A stretch of DNA of 64,000 nt from Ruditapes philippinarum (Eukaryota). Below, in pieces: positions 51,728-64,000 of this stretch; the first letter of the stretch is position 1; every line of letters begins with the position of its first letter. The stretch covers positions 124,001-188,000 of the forward strand of contig NW_026854897.1 of NCBI RefSeq assembly GCF_026571515.1, given 5' to 3'. Both the position numbers and the translations under genes were made by a program. The notes under the pieces are model-generated. The model ran no database searches. It was not told where the DNA came from and worked only from the letters and a program-made list of their open reading frames with translations.

Positions 51728-54700
51728 ATGGCGAAGGGCGGACAAAGGCCGATATGTATTGCAATCACTGCAATTTCTTTGATTGCATTAGTTTTGCTAG
51801 TGCTTACAATATATTTTGCTGTTTCCAGACCAGACTGCGAAGGTAAGACATCCTTTTTTTATAACTGGCGATGTTTAATTTTCTTCAAACAATCAAAATA
51901 CCAAAACCGAAAGTACAACCGGTAAATGTAGGGCGACGTCTTTCCTCTTGGCCTTCTAGAAAACACTGAGGTCCACATTGCCAAAACTGCCAGTGATATT
52001 TGAAAATAAAAATCTATTTAGATATTTCCGATTTTCAATCCGTTTCTTGAAATGGCCTTACAATTTCTTTCGTATTAAATGCACAATCAAAATAATGGAA
52101 ATGATTGTTGTTAATTCGTTGCGGTATGTACATTGGCCAGTAGCTAGTTCCACCGCTTGTGTCAATTTGGTACCCTTTGTTTCTTTTATGGCAAAATACG
52201 GCCAGCGTGGCAAATAGTGCCCAAAATTATCTGTGAGTGGAAAAGTGGTTACATATCTTTTATTCAACATAAAATTATATACATACAATTTATAGTCCTA
52301 CAATTCAGATACTGTGTGGTGTGAAGTGTTATAAATTACAGTAAATTAGCCGAGAAGTATTGTTGACAAGTATAACAAGGTTACGATATATTAAAATGAG
52401 CCAAATTCTAATCATAACTGAACGCCAAAATTGGGGTTTTAAAGGTAAATAAAAAAATGGTTCCATCAGAAAAAGAACAATCTCCATACACGGCAGACGC
52501 TATGACCAAAAACTTGTGTCAGGTCGACATACTTTTTGTACGATATGATGAAATATTCATCAAATGCATGCATCAATGGTTTCAACATGATATATTACAC
52601 AAATATGACACTAAAAACGACAGTGTCAATAATGTTCAACAACTGTTTAATACTGAAAATAAAAATAATGAATAATAAGTATGCCTCCCTCTCAATGGGT
52701 ATTTGGGTATTTTGCATAATTTTGTGATGCAGTTCTTTAAAATAACGATATATCTTTTAAAATATTGAACATCAACTGGTGCGTTCTTTTGATCAATCAA
52801 TGTCTTTGTATTACACATTAGATATAAAAATGTGAACAGTCAAGTTAACCTGATCTGAAGATGTATGTCAAAACCATGATATTATCAAAGTAGGTCTTGG
52901 TGTCCTATTTCTTATTGATGGTCATAGTTAATCAAACGTACATTGTAGAAAATGTTCAAATAGCTGATTTAATAGTACTAGTAATGCCACACATTTGGTC
53001 ACATTTTAGCCAGAGTTAGATAGTCGAACATAGAACTTGATTAATAAACAAACATAAAAACTTATGATACAAGAAGTAGTACTCGTATATATTGTGATAA
53101 ACCTTATATGAAGTATAGTATTGTTTAGATTTTAGTATTTTTACAATTATCATAAAAACTGTTGAAAAAATACTAAGAATAAACAAGAAATCTTATTTTT
53201 TTCTTTTCAAATTCACATCTATACTAATGTCTTTCATATACATGTTTTATGCAAAGGTTTGATCCTTCGATCCGCTAAATATATAAGAAATGGACTTATC
53301 CATCTTTCAATCTGGACAATTAATCGTTTTAGGGAATTTTTTTTTCAAAATATGTACGTGCGACTTTTGCAGATCTTGATCAGACCACACGGCATCGATG
53401 TGCCCACTGATCTTGGTTAGCACTGGTCACATGCCGCTAGCATGCTAAAGGATAAGGTTGTTACAATTCTATGAAATGTTTCATTTATCAGTTATGCATA
53501 TACCTTAAGACAACTCATTGTTCTTTTTATGTTTGGCGTTATGATACCCTGAATAATAGCTACCTCACTTATTAAAAAAGAAGTTAATGCAAGGCTAAGA
53601 AAGGTCAACTAAATTGAAGAGAATTTGATATTTTGAGAATACATTTTAACTAAAATACTTACATAATAAAATTAATAATAATAAAAGGTAACTGTAGAGT
53701 TAATACTAGTGCACTACGTGGAAGGTATAAAGATATGAGCCGCGTCATGACAACACCAACATAGTGCGTTTGCGACCAGCATGGATCCAGACCAGCCTGC
53801 GCATCCGCGCAGTCTGATCAGGATCCATGCAATTCGCTTACAAACCCTAATACAAGTAGAGAAACTGATAGCGAACAACATGGATCATGATCAGACTGCG
53901 CGGATGCGCAGGCTTGTCTGGATCCATGCTGGTCGCAAACCCATTATGTTGGTTTTGTCATGACGCGGCTCATATTTTTATATCAATGTCATCTGTCCAT
54001 ATCCAACAATATCATCCACGTGTATCATGTATTTTCATTGCTGTGTTATTTTATGTTCTTTTTTTTACTCCATAAACTTTTTATTAATCTAACCAAATAA
54101 CCTTATCAAAGGTGAAATATTAGATAGAAAGTTACCCAGCATACTTGATATAATTGTGTTCAACATAATCATTTTAACAAACATTCTATCGTGAAAAAAA
54201 TATTGTAATTTATTATATACTTTTAAATGAAATATTGAGAAATATTGATGAAATAAAATGCGTATTTTCATTTTCCGTATTTTCACTGTAAAAATTTATT
54301 TTTCACTGCAGTGAAACATATTTTCCGTATTTTCACTGGTGTCTTGTCGGACTACTTTCTTTTAAATTCTGCCAGTACTCAAAATTTAAGAGAAAGTCTT
54401 TCACATTTTAATGTCCAGAAAGAGAAAAATGTATATAATAAACAGAAAATTCAAGTTTTTTCTATAAATACATGATTTATTTTCATCTTGTGGCATGAAA
54501 ATTACCATATTTCACTCGTGGCTACCGCCTCTCATAAAATATTTATTTTCATACCACTCGCTGAAAATTAATCATGTATTTATAGAAAAAACTTGAATAT
54601 CCTCTATATATTATTAATAACAGACATAAACAGACGAGGTAACTAAAAACGCAGCATAATTTTTAAAAACCTTTTTCTTTCTCATATAAAACATGTGCTA

Positions 54701-57700
54701 CAGTATTCCTATGACCAGATGTTGCACAGAGAAACAAGCATTTAATAGCTTTCCCTACTCATCCTTATAGCTACTGAAGGATATCGATAAAATAGGCATA
54801 AGAAACAAATATTTAGGTCGTTGTGACGCTTAACCTTGGCGAGAACTTTTGCATTCTTTGGACTTTATCGAGCGTCTTTCTACATTGATTTAGTTATTAT
54901 TATTTCAATATAATTTATATTTTGTATTCTAGATACGCCTATTATGCCTATAAGTAAGGAATTCTACGCCAAAACGGGTGACGGGAAGGATATTTCAATG
55001 TAAGTAATCGATTAATTAATACATGTATATTTCTGATTGTGTACATATTTTTGTATATACATGTACATGACTGTATTTACCAATGCAGGGGCGGTAATAG
55101 GATTTTGTTTTAGGGGCGTACATTCAATATTTGTTGCAATTGTAGTTAATTGTTTGACATAGAATTAAACGATATAATAGAGACGTGGATTTATATTGTC
55201 GCTTGTTACAGTAATGTACAGAATGCACCGTTATTGACCGTATAGGATAAAGCTAGAAAAATTATTTGTTTCTTGCTCGGTTAGGGTATATATATTGATT
55301 GCGCTTATTTAACTTTTAATTCTATTCTTATTAATTTTTAAATTCATGTTTTAGTTCGAACTCGGTATCTTTTACTTAGTCACTGTTATAATAATGGTAA
55401 TCAATGTATTTTGGAAAATAAATTGAGAAAATAAAATATATATACTCAGTGGAAAAAAAAGAAAAACAAAGAAAAGAAAAAACAACAACATTAATGAGAA
55501 TTTTAAAGTGTCTGAAAAGCTTCCGTTTTCAAAACTATAAAATGCATTTTAACTGTCCTTTTTTCGTATGTGTTATCTTTTATACACAAGAAAAAACAAA
55601 TCTTGCTGATACAGTTAATCTAAAATTACAGATTCTCCTTGAAGAATGACAAAGTTGAGGTGAGGATAATTGACTACGGAGGAATCATCACGAATATTTT
55701 TGCACCGGACAAGGACGGGATACCAGAAGACATCGTGCTTGGTTTTGACGCATTTAAAGGTATCTTCACATATGAGCCGCGTCATGACAAAACCAACATA
55801 GTGCGTTTGCGACCAGCATGGATCCAGACCAGCCTGCGCATCCGCGCAGTCTGATCAGGATCCATGCTGTTCGATATCAGTTTCTCTACTTGTAAAAGGG
55901 TTGGTGAGAGAACAGCATGGATCCTGATCAGTGCGCAGACTGGTCTGGATCCATACTGGTCGCAAACACACATATTGAATGAGTGTACAGTAGGTTCAAT
56001 ACTGAATTGATTAAATGAGTTTTATAAAATTATATTATTCGAGCCTTTTCGACGAATTCAAAAAAATTCAGTAATGAACGTACACGAATTGGATATTCTA
56101 TTTATCACAAACTCAAAATAAAGATTGTTTTAAGTGCAAAAGAACGCTCCTATAGTATAACGCTAGCACTTAGCGCGTCTTTGCACTACGTTTGTATAAC
56201 AAAAATGACGTCACGTCAAAATATATGCACGGCCGTGCAATACTATTTTGATGGAGCCGATAAATCGGCACGGGTATGTGGTAAATATGATTAATTTATT
56301 AATAGTTCTAAATAAAAATGTTTTCAACATAAATATAATTTTTATGTAGACAGGGTAGAAGAAAACGTTGTGATGGTGCATTTATCTTATTTTGTTATTT
56401 ATTTTATTGGACACATAAATAGGTCACTTGGTCTAGCATTATGTAAATGTTACTTTTACCGGTTAATCAATGTATTAACCAATTTATATTATAATTAAAT
56501 TGTACGTGAATTTGAATTTAAAATGGTTACATATTCACATTTACGTGCCATTTAAATTTATTATTGGGCATCTTGATAATTATATTTGATTTCAAATTGT
56601 TTTATTGTAATTTCTCCCACAGTGTAAGAATTCTTACATAAAAATTGATAAATTAAAACAAAAACAACAACAACAAACCTCAATAGGATATGTCATATAA
56701 CACTGTTCTTGATATCAATTAAGATAAAACCAAAACATTCGATATTGAAATTTTAAATATGATTATCTTAACGTTACATCTTTTTGGACCAGCACTATTA
56801 TTTATAACTAATTTGAGGCAATTCAATTTCTTGCTTAATGTCTAAAATGGATAATCTTGTTTTGTTTAAAATTTGGGAATATATTGTTAACTTGAGGGAT
56901 AAGTTTTGTATCAGAGTATTAAAATTAAGCATCCAATATATAAAGAGCCTGGTCAGTCTGTACGGGTTTGATTTTATACTGAAGACAAATGTCTTAAATA
57001 TTGTTTGTAAATATCAAACTGGCTTCAATAGAAGTCTTTTCATTTTACTTGAGAGGAGAAACGTTTTAAATTTCAAGTCATAGTACTCCTATATTGTTTT
57101 TGTCGTGGGTTTTAGACTCCAGGTAGCATTTGACTAATACATTGCCACTGTTTTTTTTTGTAGCTAGATTGTCACTGTTGTAGCTAGATTGCCACTGTTG
57201 TAGCTACATTGCCACTGTTGAGGTTACATTGCCACTGTTGTAGCTATATTGCCACTGTTGTAGCTACATTGCCACTGTTGTAGCTACATTGCCACTGTTT
57301 GTAGCTACATTGCCAGTAGCTACATTGCCACTGTTGTAGCTACATTGCCACTGTTGTAGCTACATTGCCACTGTTGTAGCTATATTGCCACTGTTGTAGC
57401 TACATTGCCACTGTTGTAGCTACATTGCCACTGTTGTAGCTACATTGCCAGTAGCTACATTGCCACTGTTGTAGCTACATTGCCACTGTTGTAGCTAAAG
57501 AGACTTCAGCGAACAGATTTAATTAATAATATACTGCTATTTACTGTCGCACAGCGTCAAAATAAAAGCGACATATAAAGTAATGGAAGCCAGAACTACC
57601 GCTGTTGTAATTAATATAAAATAGCCCTTGTTCCTTTCAGTAGAAACCATAATATAAAAGATAATGACAAATGTTGTTTTCTTTGTTTTTCAGACGGCTA

Positions 57701-60700
57701 TGACAAAAATCCTCCATATCTTGGAGCTCTAATCGGTCGCTATGCCAACCGTATTGCCAAAGGTCATTTCACATTGGATGGGGTCACATACAACCTTACT
57801 GTCAACAATGGTCCAAACGCCCTTCATGGTGGCACAAGAGGTTTTGACAAGGTATTGAATAAAATTACAAAAAAATCTGTAATTCATGTACACATTGGGT
57901 TTGCTGATTTTAGATTGCAATATTTTAAAATTATAAAAAATCTATTTGAACATAATCTGAAATCTTTCAATTGCAAAAAGAAACATTTTCTGGTTCGTGG
58001 TTGCAGTCGGTCGGTGAAGCAAAATCTGTCTTTTGGAGTTGATACAAAACTTCTGTGGCAATTCTACTTGACTAAATTTAGGAATCTTTCAGGAGAATTA
58101 TACTTGTCAATTGTAATAGAATTATTATACAAAGATTTTTGAAAATGACTAAAATAGTATCTAAAATTTACGTGTAAAACGAAAACCTCTTTCGTACATT
58201 TGTTTTCCGAAACAAAGTATTTTCCGTATTAAATAATGACAAAGATTCCATTGAAATCTTATAACAATGAACATACACGTCATAGTTTTAAACTGTCCTG
58301 AAAATAACATTTTATTTGTAATTTTAAGCTTTTCTGAAGAAAGGCAAATATAATTGCACTAGCATTCTATTTATAGCGTCTGTGGACTTCAAGCATTCAA
58401 GGAAATCGACTTGTCCTTCAGTATACAAGTTTAGACGGTGAAGAGCACTATCCCGGGGAGGTCAAGGTCACGGTCACTTATCAATTAACCGACCAAAACG
58501 AGCTGATTATCAATTATAATGCTACGACAAAGAAGAAAACAGTCATTAATTTAACAAACCATGCATATTTTAATCTGGCTGGGCATGTAAGTATTGTGTT
58601 TCCAATTGTCATATCGTCCATATCAGACATGTATTTTTAAAATCGTATTGAACTATCGTGTTAAGAAAATTCATATTAAGCATAACGGCCTCGCAAAAAA
58701 TTTAAACAAAAACAACAACACCTTAAATGTTTTCTGGAATGCGTTAACAAACAAATATATATTTATTTATAAATTTAAGGACTTCTAAGTCCAAACATTC
58801 AGTATTAGGGTGAATGTTGAAATATTGTGGACCTCCAATTGATTTGAATGATTTTTATTTTAGGCAGAATCGGACAATAAATTTTATAGTTAATTAAATA
58901 AAAATAAAGTTCAACAAGTGAGCAATCTGTATTTTGGTTACTATATACATTTTGTATGATTTCCACAGGCAGCTGGAAGTTTGGACGGACACACAGTTCG
59001 TTTAGCGGCCGAAACATATACCCCAGTCGATAACACTTCAATTCCAACAGGTAAATAATACAACATAAACATAATTTTCATGCTGTTATTATGTATTACA
59101 AATCTGAAAATGATTCTAAATTTTCAAAAAATGAATACTGAATCAAATTAATACATACTGATTTTGAAATTTCGAGTTGAGTTGTTTAAAAGTAAATTAC
59201 TATAAACTGAGAAGTTGTCAAACATCAAAGAAATAATGCAAGAGCACAACAGTTATAAAACAAACATAAATTACATTCAAACGTCATTTGTCTTATATGA
59301 AGAAGAAAAAAAATGAGCAAAATGAGCCGCGTCATGACAAAACCAACATAGTGCGTTTGCGACCAGCATGGATCCAGACCATGATCAGGATGTTAGATTA
59401 TTTGTTATGCTAGCATGTTTGTTTATGTAAGCATATTTATTTATGTAAGCATATGTGTGATGTTAGCATATTTGTTCATGTTAGCATATTTGATACCCAG
59501 TGCTTATTTTTTTTCCACATTTTATTTTCAGGGGTGATTGAAAGTGTAACAGGGACAATGTTCGACCTGACATCAGAAACGAACCTGGTCGATCGTATAC
59601 GCAATGTACCAGGGGGTATCGGGTTCGATCACAATTTTGTCTTTGAGAAACCAGGCTGGGATAAGCATGCTGCCATGTGGGTTATTCTTGTATACTCTAG
59701 TGTAAAGTTTCCCTTACTGAAATCACTACATTACTATCATGTGTGCGATGACGATATAATGATGATGATGATGATTAATTATTATTATTATGATTATTAT
59801 TATTATTATTATTGTTAGTATTATTATCATACTAAAAGCAATTACAAATGTTTTGAGGGCGACAAATTTCTACTTTGTATGTATGAGGGAGTAATACCGC
59901 AAGTTTAGAAGGCCACACTTAAAAATAAGATATATAATTGCTTTTTTGACGATGTTATATCTTCATGTGTTAACATCTTTAAGTAAATAAAGATTTTATT
60001 ATTATTATTCTAATTATTATAAAGTATATCATACAAAAGTCGGTGATTCTACCTATAGATGACCATTCGTGCCTGAAGTAATAAACTGAATGCCATCTCA
60101 ACATTGTCCTCCACCGGTTAAAGATAATATAATGATAATAAATTCTAACAAAATTTGTATATATAAATGTGTATGTATTAAGATATAGATACAGGCACTA
60201 TGTCATACTAATGAAATATCTAACAGTTTATTATTTGTCTAGGTTACGTCACTCGCCTAGTGGACGTCAGATAGACATGTACACAACAGAACCAGGAGTT
60301 CAGTTCTACACTGCATTTTATTTGAATGAAACTAAAGCGAAGGGCGGAGCAACTTATGGCAAGTGGGGTGCTTTCTGCCTGGAGGCACAACATTATCCGG
60401 ATAGTCCAAACCAGGTACGAAAATAATAACCATTTGGAAAACAATATAACAAAAATCAATCCTTTCATAAACTATAACACATGGTAGATTGGCGTCTTTT
60501 TTGATTCCACTGAAATTATTTATTTATTTTACTTTTTATAAGCAGAAAATACTTTTGAAAATTGAAATCTCAATGTTTATTCCATGAAAAATTATCTGGG
60601 CTTGATAGGAAATAAGTCCTTACAATTTTACATTTATCACTTTAAAGTGTGCTTCCATTGACTAACCACTACCAGTGTCAAATAAGAAATCTGGATCAAA

Positions 60701-61464
60701 ACCTCCGTCGTACTTGGACCCATAATCCCCAGGTTGAGACACCGATACTTTAACCAATGGATCACACTTACACTTGGCGACTTCCTTCTTAAAACTTTTC
60801 ACCATTTTACAAACAAACCCCATGTGCTTGAAATTATATTTTTCCTAACTGCGCAAAATGATTGTTAACGGCTATGCCTAAAATCACCATATGAGCCGCG
60901 TCATGACAAAACCAACATTATGGGTTTGCGACCAGCATGGATCCAGACCAGCCTGCGCATCCGCGCAGTTTGATCAGGATCCATGCTGTTCGCTTACAAA
61001 TCCTATAACAAGAAGAGAAACGGATAGCGAACAGCATGGATCCTGATCAGACTGCGCGGATGCGCAGGCTGGTCTGGATCCATGCTGGTCGCAAACCCAT
61101 TATGTTGGTTTTGTCATGGCGCGGCTCAATTATTACTATTTTGGTTTTAATCCTTATTTACACTGCTGAATATCTTAAACGGACTTGTCCAACTTGCATA
61201 TCTGTTAGTGTCTATTATCAATTTTGAGAATATGAAAGCCAACAGTAAAAAGCTTGTACAGACTACACAGATGTGGAGGCTGTACAGGCTCGTTACTGGT
61301 CGGAAAGGCTAGTTGATTTCGGTTCCAGCACATTAATGGTTTAACAATCATTGATCTAATATTTACAATTTTATTTTCAGCCTTCATTTCCTACAACTGT
61401 TCTTAGTCCCGGTGAAACCTACAGGCAGACGACAAAATATGTGTTCAGTGTTGCCAACACTTAA
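51728..61464 (+). CDS. GALM: Aldose 1-epimerase (galactose mutarotase) with N-terminal signal-anchor, 386 aa, 9 exons
   Basis: Exons 51728-51842, 54933-54999, 55632-55759, 57694-57851, 58377-58586, 58969-59050, 59532-59676, 60243-60414, 61381-61464 (1161 nt, phase-consistent). Motifs [34 protein letters not shown] and [13 protein letters not shown]. Inclusion of exon 1 is inferred. Confidence 0.9.
53736..53972. mobile_element. Palindromic MITE with TA TSD (GALM intron 1)
   Basis: TGAGCCGCGTCATGAC...GTCATGACGCGGCTCA flanked by TA. Confidence 0.85.
55773..55970. mobile_element. Same MITE family, right end truncated (GALM intron 3)
   Basis: Left arm matches the 53736 element. Confidence 0.8.
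57138..57497. repeat. 20-bp minisatellite (ATTGCCACTGTTGTAGCTAC)n, about 18 copies
   Basis: Direct tandem repeats in GALM intron 3, with two 15-bp deletion variants. Confidence 0.95.
59323..59391. mobile_element. Truncated copy of the palindromic MITE (GALM intron 6)
   Basis: Only the left arm TGAGCCGCGTCATGACAAAACCAAC... is present. Confidence 0.75.
60892..61128. mobile_element. Full-length palindromic MITE (GALM intron 8)
   Basis: TGAGCCGCGTCATGAC...GTCATGGCGCGGCTCA. Confidence 0.85.
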
Positions 61465-61903
61465 TGTGTACTGAAAAATTGTCTATAACTGTCTCTAATT
61501 TTCATATACATTTGCATCTATGCATAATTTCATAATTTACATTTGAACATTTCTTGTGCTATCATACACATATACATTGTACATCGAATTTTGGTATCTA
61601 CAGATTAGTTTTACGCAAATATGGCGCAAATATTTGAATTTGTTTAAATTGAATTGAATTGAATTGAATTATGTGCTATTTTTAAAAATGTTGATGTGAT
61701 GTTTGTTGATCAAATGTTGTATTTATGAAATGTTGTAAAGCAGGGAATCCGGTATATTGTGGGTATGTTTACATATCATGGAATTGTTATGTTTCTTATT
61801 TAGCATAACAAATTTAGAAATACAATTGTACAAAAGATAATAAAAAATTTTACAAAAAAATCGAGAGACTTGTTGATAAATGTCTATGATACTTTTAGTG
61901 AAT

Positions 61904-62257
61904 AGAGGATATTGAATGAGTGTAAGTTCAAAACTAAATTTATTGCACGAGTTGAATAAAATTATATTATGCGAGCCTCTGGCGAGCATAATATTATTTT
62001 ATTCAACGAGTGCTATAAATTCGGTAATGAACTTACACGAATTTAATATTCTATTTATCACATACCAAAAATAAAGACCGTTTTTAAAAAAGTGAAATAA
62101 GAGTCATTTTTCATTGACGCGCCTATAGTATAACGCTAACATTTAGCGCGTCTTTACACTATGTTTGTATAACGCTAATGACGTCACGTCAAAATATATG
62201 CACGGCCGTGCAATACCATATTTACAGAGTCGCAAAATCGGCACGGGTATGTGATAA
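61904..62257. mobile_element. Interspersed repeat (AGAGGATATTGAATGAG...GTGATAAA family)
   Basis: Homologous to 9204-9547 and ~55973-56285. Confidence 0.65.
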
Positions 62258-63189
62258 AAATGATTATTTTGTTAATGATGATGTAGATCTAGTCGGTAAT
62301 GAGTGTGTTGTTGTGAGTAAAACATGAATGTTATTAATAATTATGTTAGTGTTAATTATAATTAAGAACCAAAAAGGAAGCGACCGCGCGCTAGGGAGCG
62401 GCCGTTGGTTCTTAATTGTCAAATTGTTCACTTAATTACTTAGTGTTCATTGGTCGGCATATCATGTTGAACACCAATCAATGGTAAAGTTGTCAATGAT
62501 GATACATGTACTGTTATTAATGTTGAAGATGACACTACAGTACAGTCGATGATGTTGTGACCAAGCTTTTTATTACAATAGCAGCCTATGACACTGATGA
62601 TGTCGATCTTAAAATTTTGATAATGGACCTTAATTAAAAGTGATTATATTGATTATAGGAATTGGTCTCAATATTGCTTTCGAAAGTGAAATTAAAAAAA
62701 AACAACAACGCCTAAGACAATTCATCGTATTAGTCTTGCAGTATAGTTAAACTGAATCATTTGTACTGTTGTTAAAAGAAAAATTTCCACACGATAATGA
62801 ATTCATACGTAACACAACGTCCAAATGCCAAGTAAAGGCAAGAGGTTATTACAGGTTACCAATACTTGTTTTCTTTCGCCGAAACAAATTTGAATGAAAA
62901 AAAGAAGAAAAATTAGCTTTCCCACCCCCACCCCCACCAATATACGGACCAGTAAAATAAGTACATTAATCAGTTGTACGGACACGTCCACGTTTTGCGT
63001 TCGGACACTCGCTCGTTCACTTATCGTCATGAAGTGACTTCGTTTAAGATAATGTTATCTTTGATACTTCAACATTACTGTTATCTCACCTATAACATTG
63101 ACTGCTTAAATAATACATTGTCTGTGTGCGTTAAATTCATTTTTAAATATTAACTAAATCGCGATATCTTACCCATTGGTGCAGCAAGT

Positions 63190-63245
63190 ATGCCAATTTC
63201 CAAGGAATTTTACGATAAGACGAGCGATGGACACTACATTTCAAT
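63190..63245 (+). CDS. GALM: First coding exon of a tandem GALM paralogue (the rest would lie beyond the window)
   Basis: [18 protein letters not shown] followed by AT|GTAAGT. It matches exon 2 of the upstream GALM ([20 protein letters not shown]|GTAAGT) in sequence and intron phase. Confidence 0.75.
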
Positions 63246-64000
63246 GTAAGTACAAGTGTGCTTCTTTTCATTTTGTGGTACAGTTAGTTCAAGGTCGTAG
63301 ATATATGTGTTCATATGCAAGACCATATGTAGGGGACTTTATCGAAACAGTATACGCTAGTAAGTTTTAGCTCCATATTGCAAATGGTCATTTTAAACAC
63401 TTTAAATACTGTCAGGCCTATTGGCGGACCTGTTGCCTTGCCTATTTTATTAGTATTATTATATAGAGCAATTCTCGTGCAGTCTGACTTTGCTTTACAT
63501 TGTTAGCTAAACAGTTTTTGACTTTTTGATCTTTCAGCTATTTGATATTGAAACAGCACAGAGTAACAATGGCAAGTTGAAATTTCACACCAAGTCAAGC
63601 CCTTAACTTTAAACTTAACTAGGTTTTGACATGATCAGTGTGAGCTGGAATAAATAAAAAGTACCAAAAGGTTTACAAATATCCGAGTTCAACTGCAAAC
63701 ATCATTCTTCCTTCCCAGCGATATTTTGCAGCCAGAACTATACATATAACGTGATCCTTGATAAATAAAATGGTATAGTTCTTTCAGACGTTATAAAAAG
63801 AAGAGTTCATTTTTCATATAGGAAATAACATGCATCTTTATTTTCTTTAAACCCTAGAAATAAATATTACTTTTTCTGAATAAAGGGCAACTCTGTGTTT
63901 TATAATGGTTTAATAATTGATTAAGAGCATGTTAGAGATGCTCATCAGTAAGCAACAGAAAACAATTGTCATATAAGCACGAAACGTGAACAAAATGATA

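Noticed and set aside
53781-53963. Recurrent short ORFs [20 protein letters not shown] (also 55782 and 61036)
   Set aside because: These are translations of the palindromic MITE, not genes.
57138-57497. CRISPR-like array
   Set aside because: The repeats are contiguous with no unique spacers, lie in a eukaryotic intron, and there are no cas genes.

Overview
This is AT-rich, intron-rich animal genomic DNA. The MITE, SINE and Helentron-type repeats look like those of a bivalve mollusc, probably a venerid clam; that assignment is inferred from remembered repeat families. Genes reconstructed by hand with phase-consistent GT-AG splicing are: ARHGAP11A (+, 10 coding exons, about 1318 aa); AP2S1 (-, 4 coding exons, 142 aa), head-to-head with an intronless ATG10 (+, 203 aa); an aldose 1-epimerase GALM (+, 9 exons, 386 aa) with an unusual N-terminal transmembrane anchor; and the first exon of a tandem GALM paralogue with no visible anchor. 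Positions 28654-51243 are a head-to-tail triplication of a 7-8 kb unit. Each unit carries an unrecognised two-exon gene (about 400 aa, with a C-terminal amphipathic Cys-Cys-Cys motif) that is intact in unit 1 and independently truncated at the same stop codon in units 2 and 3. Each unit also carries a dimer of an unidentified ~130-nt structured element that recurs upstream of ARHGAP11A. No prokaryotic system, CRISPR array, rRNA or intact tRNA was seen.
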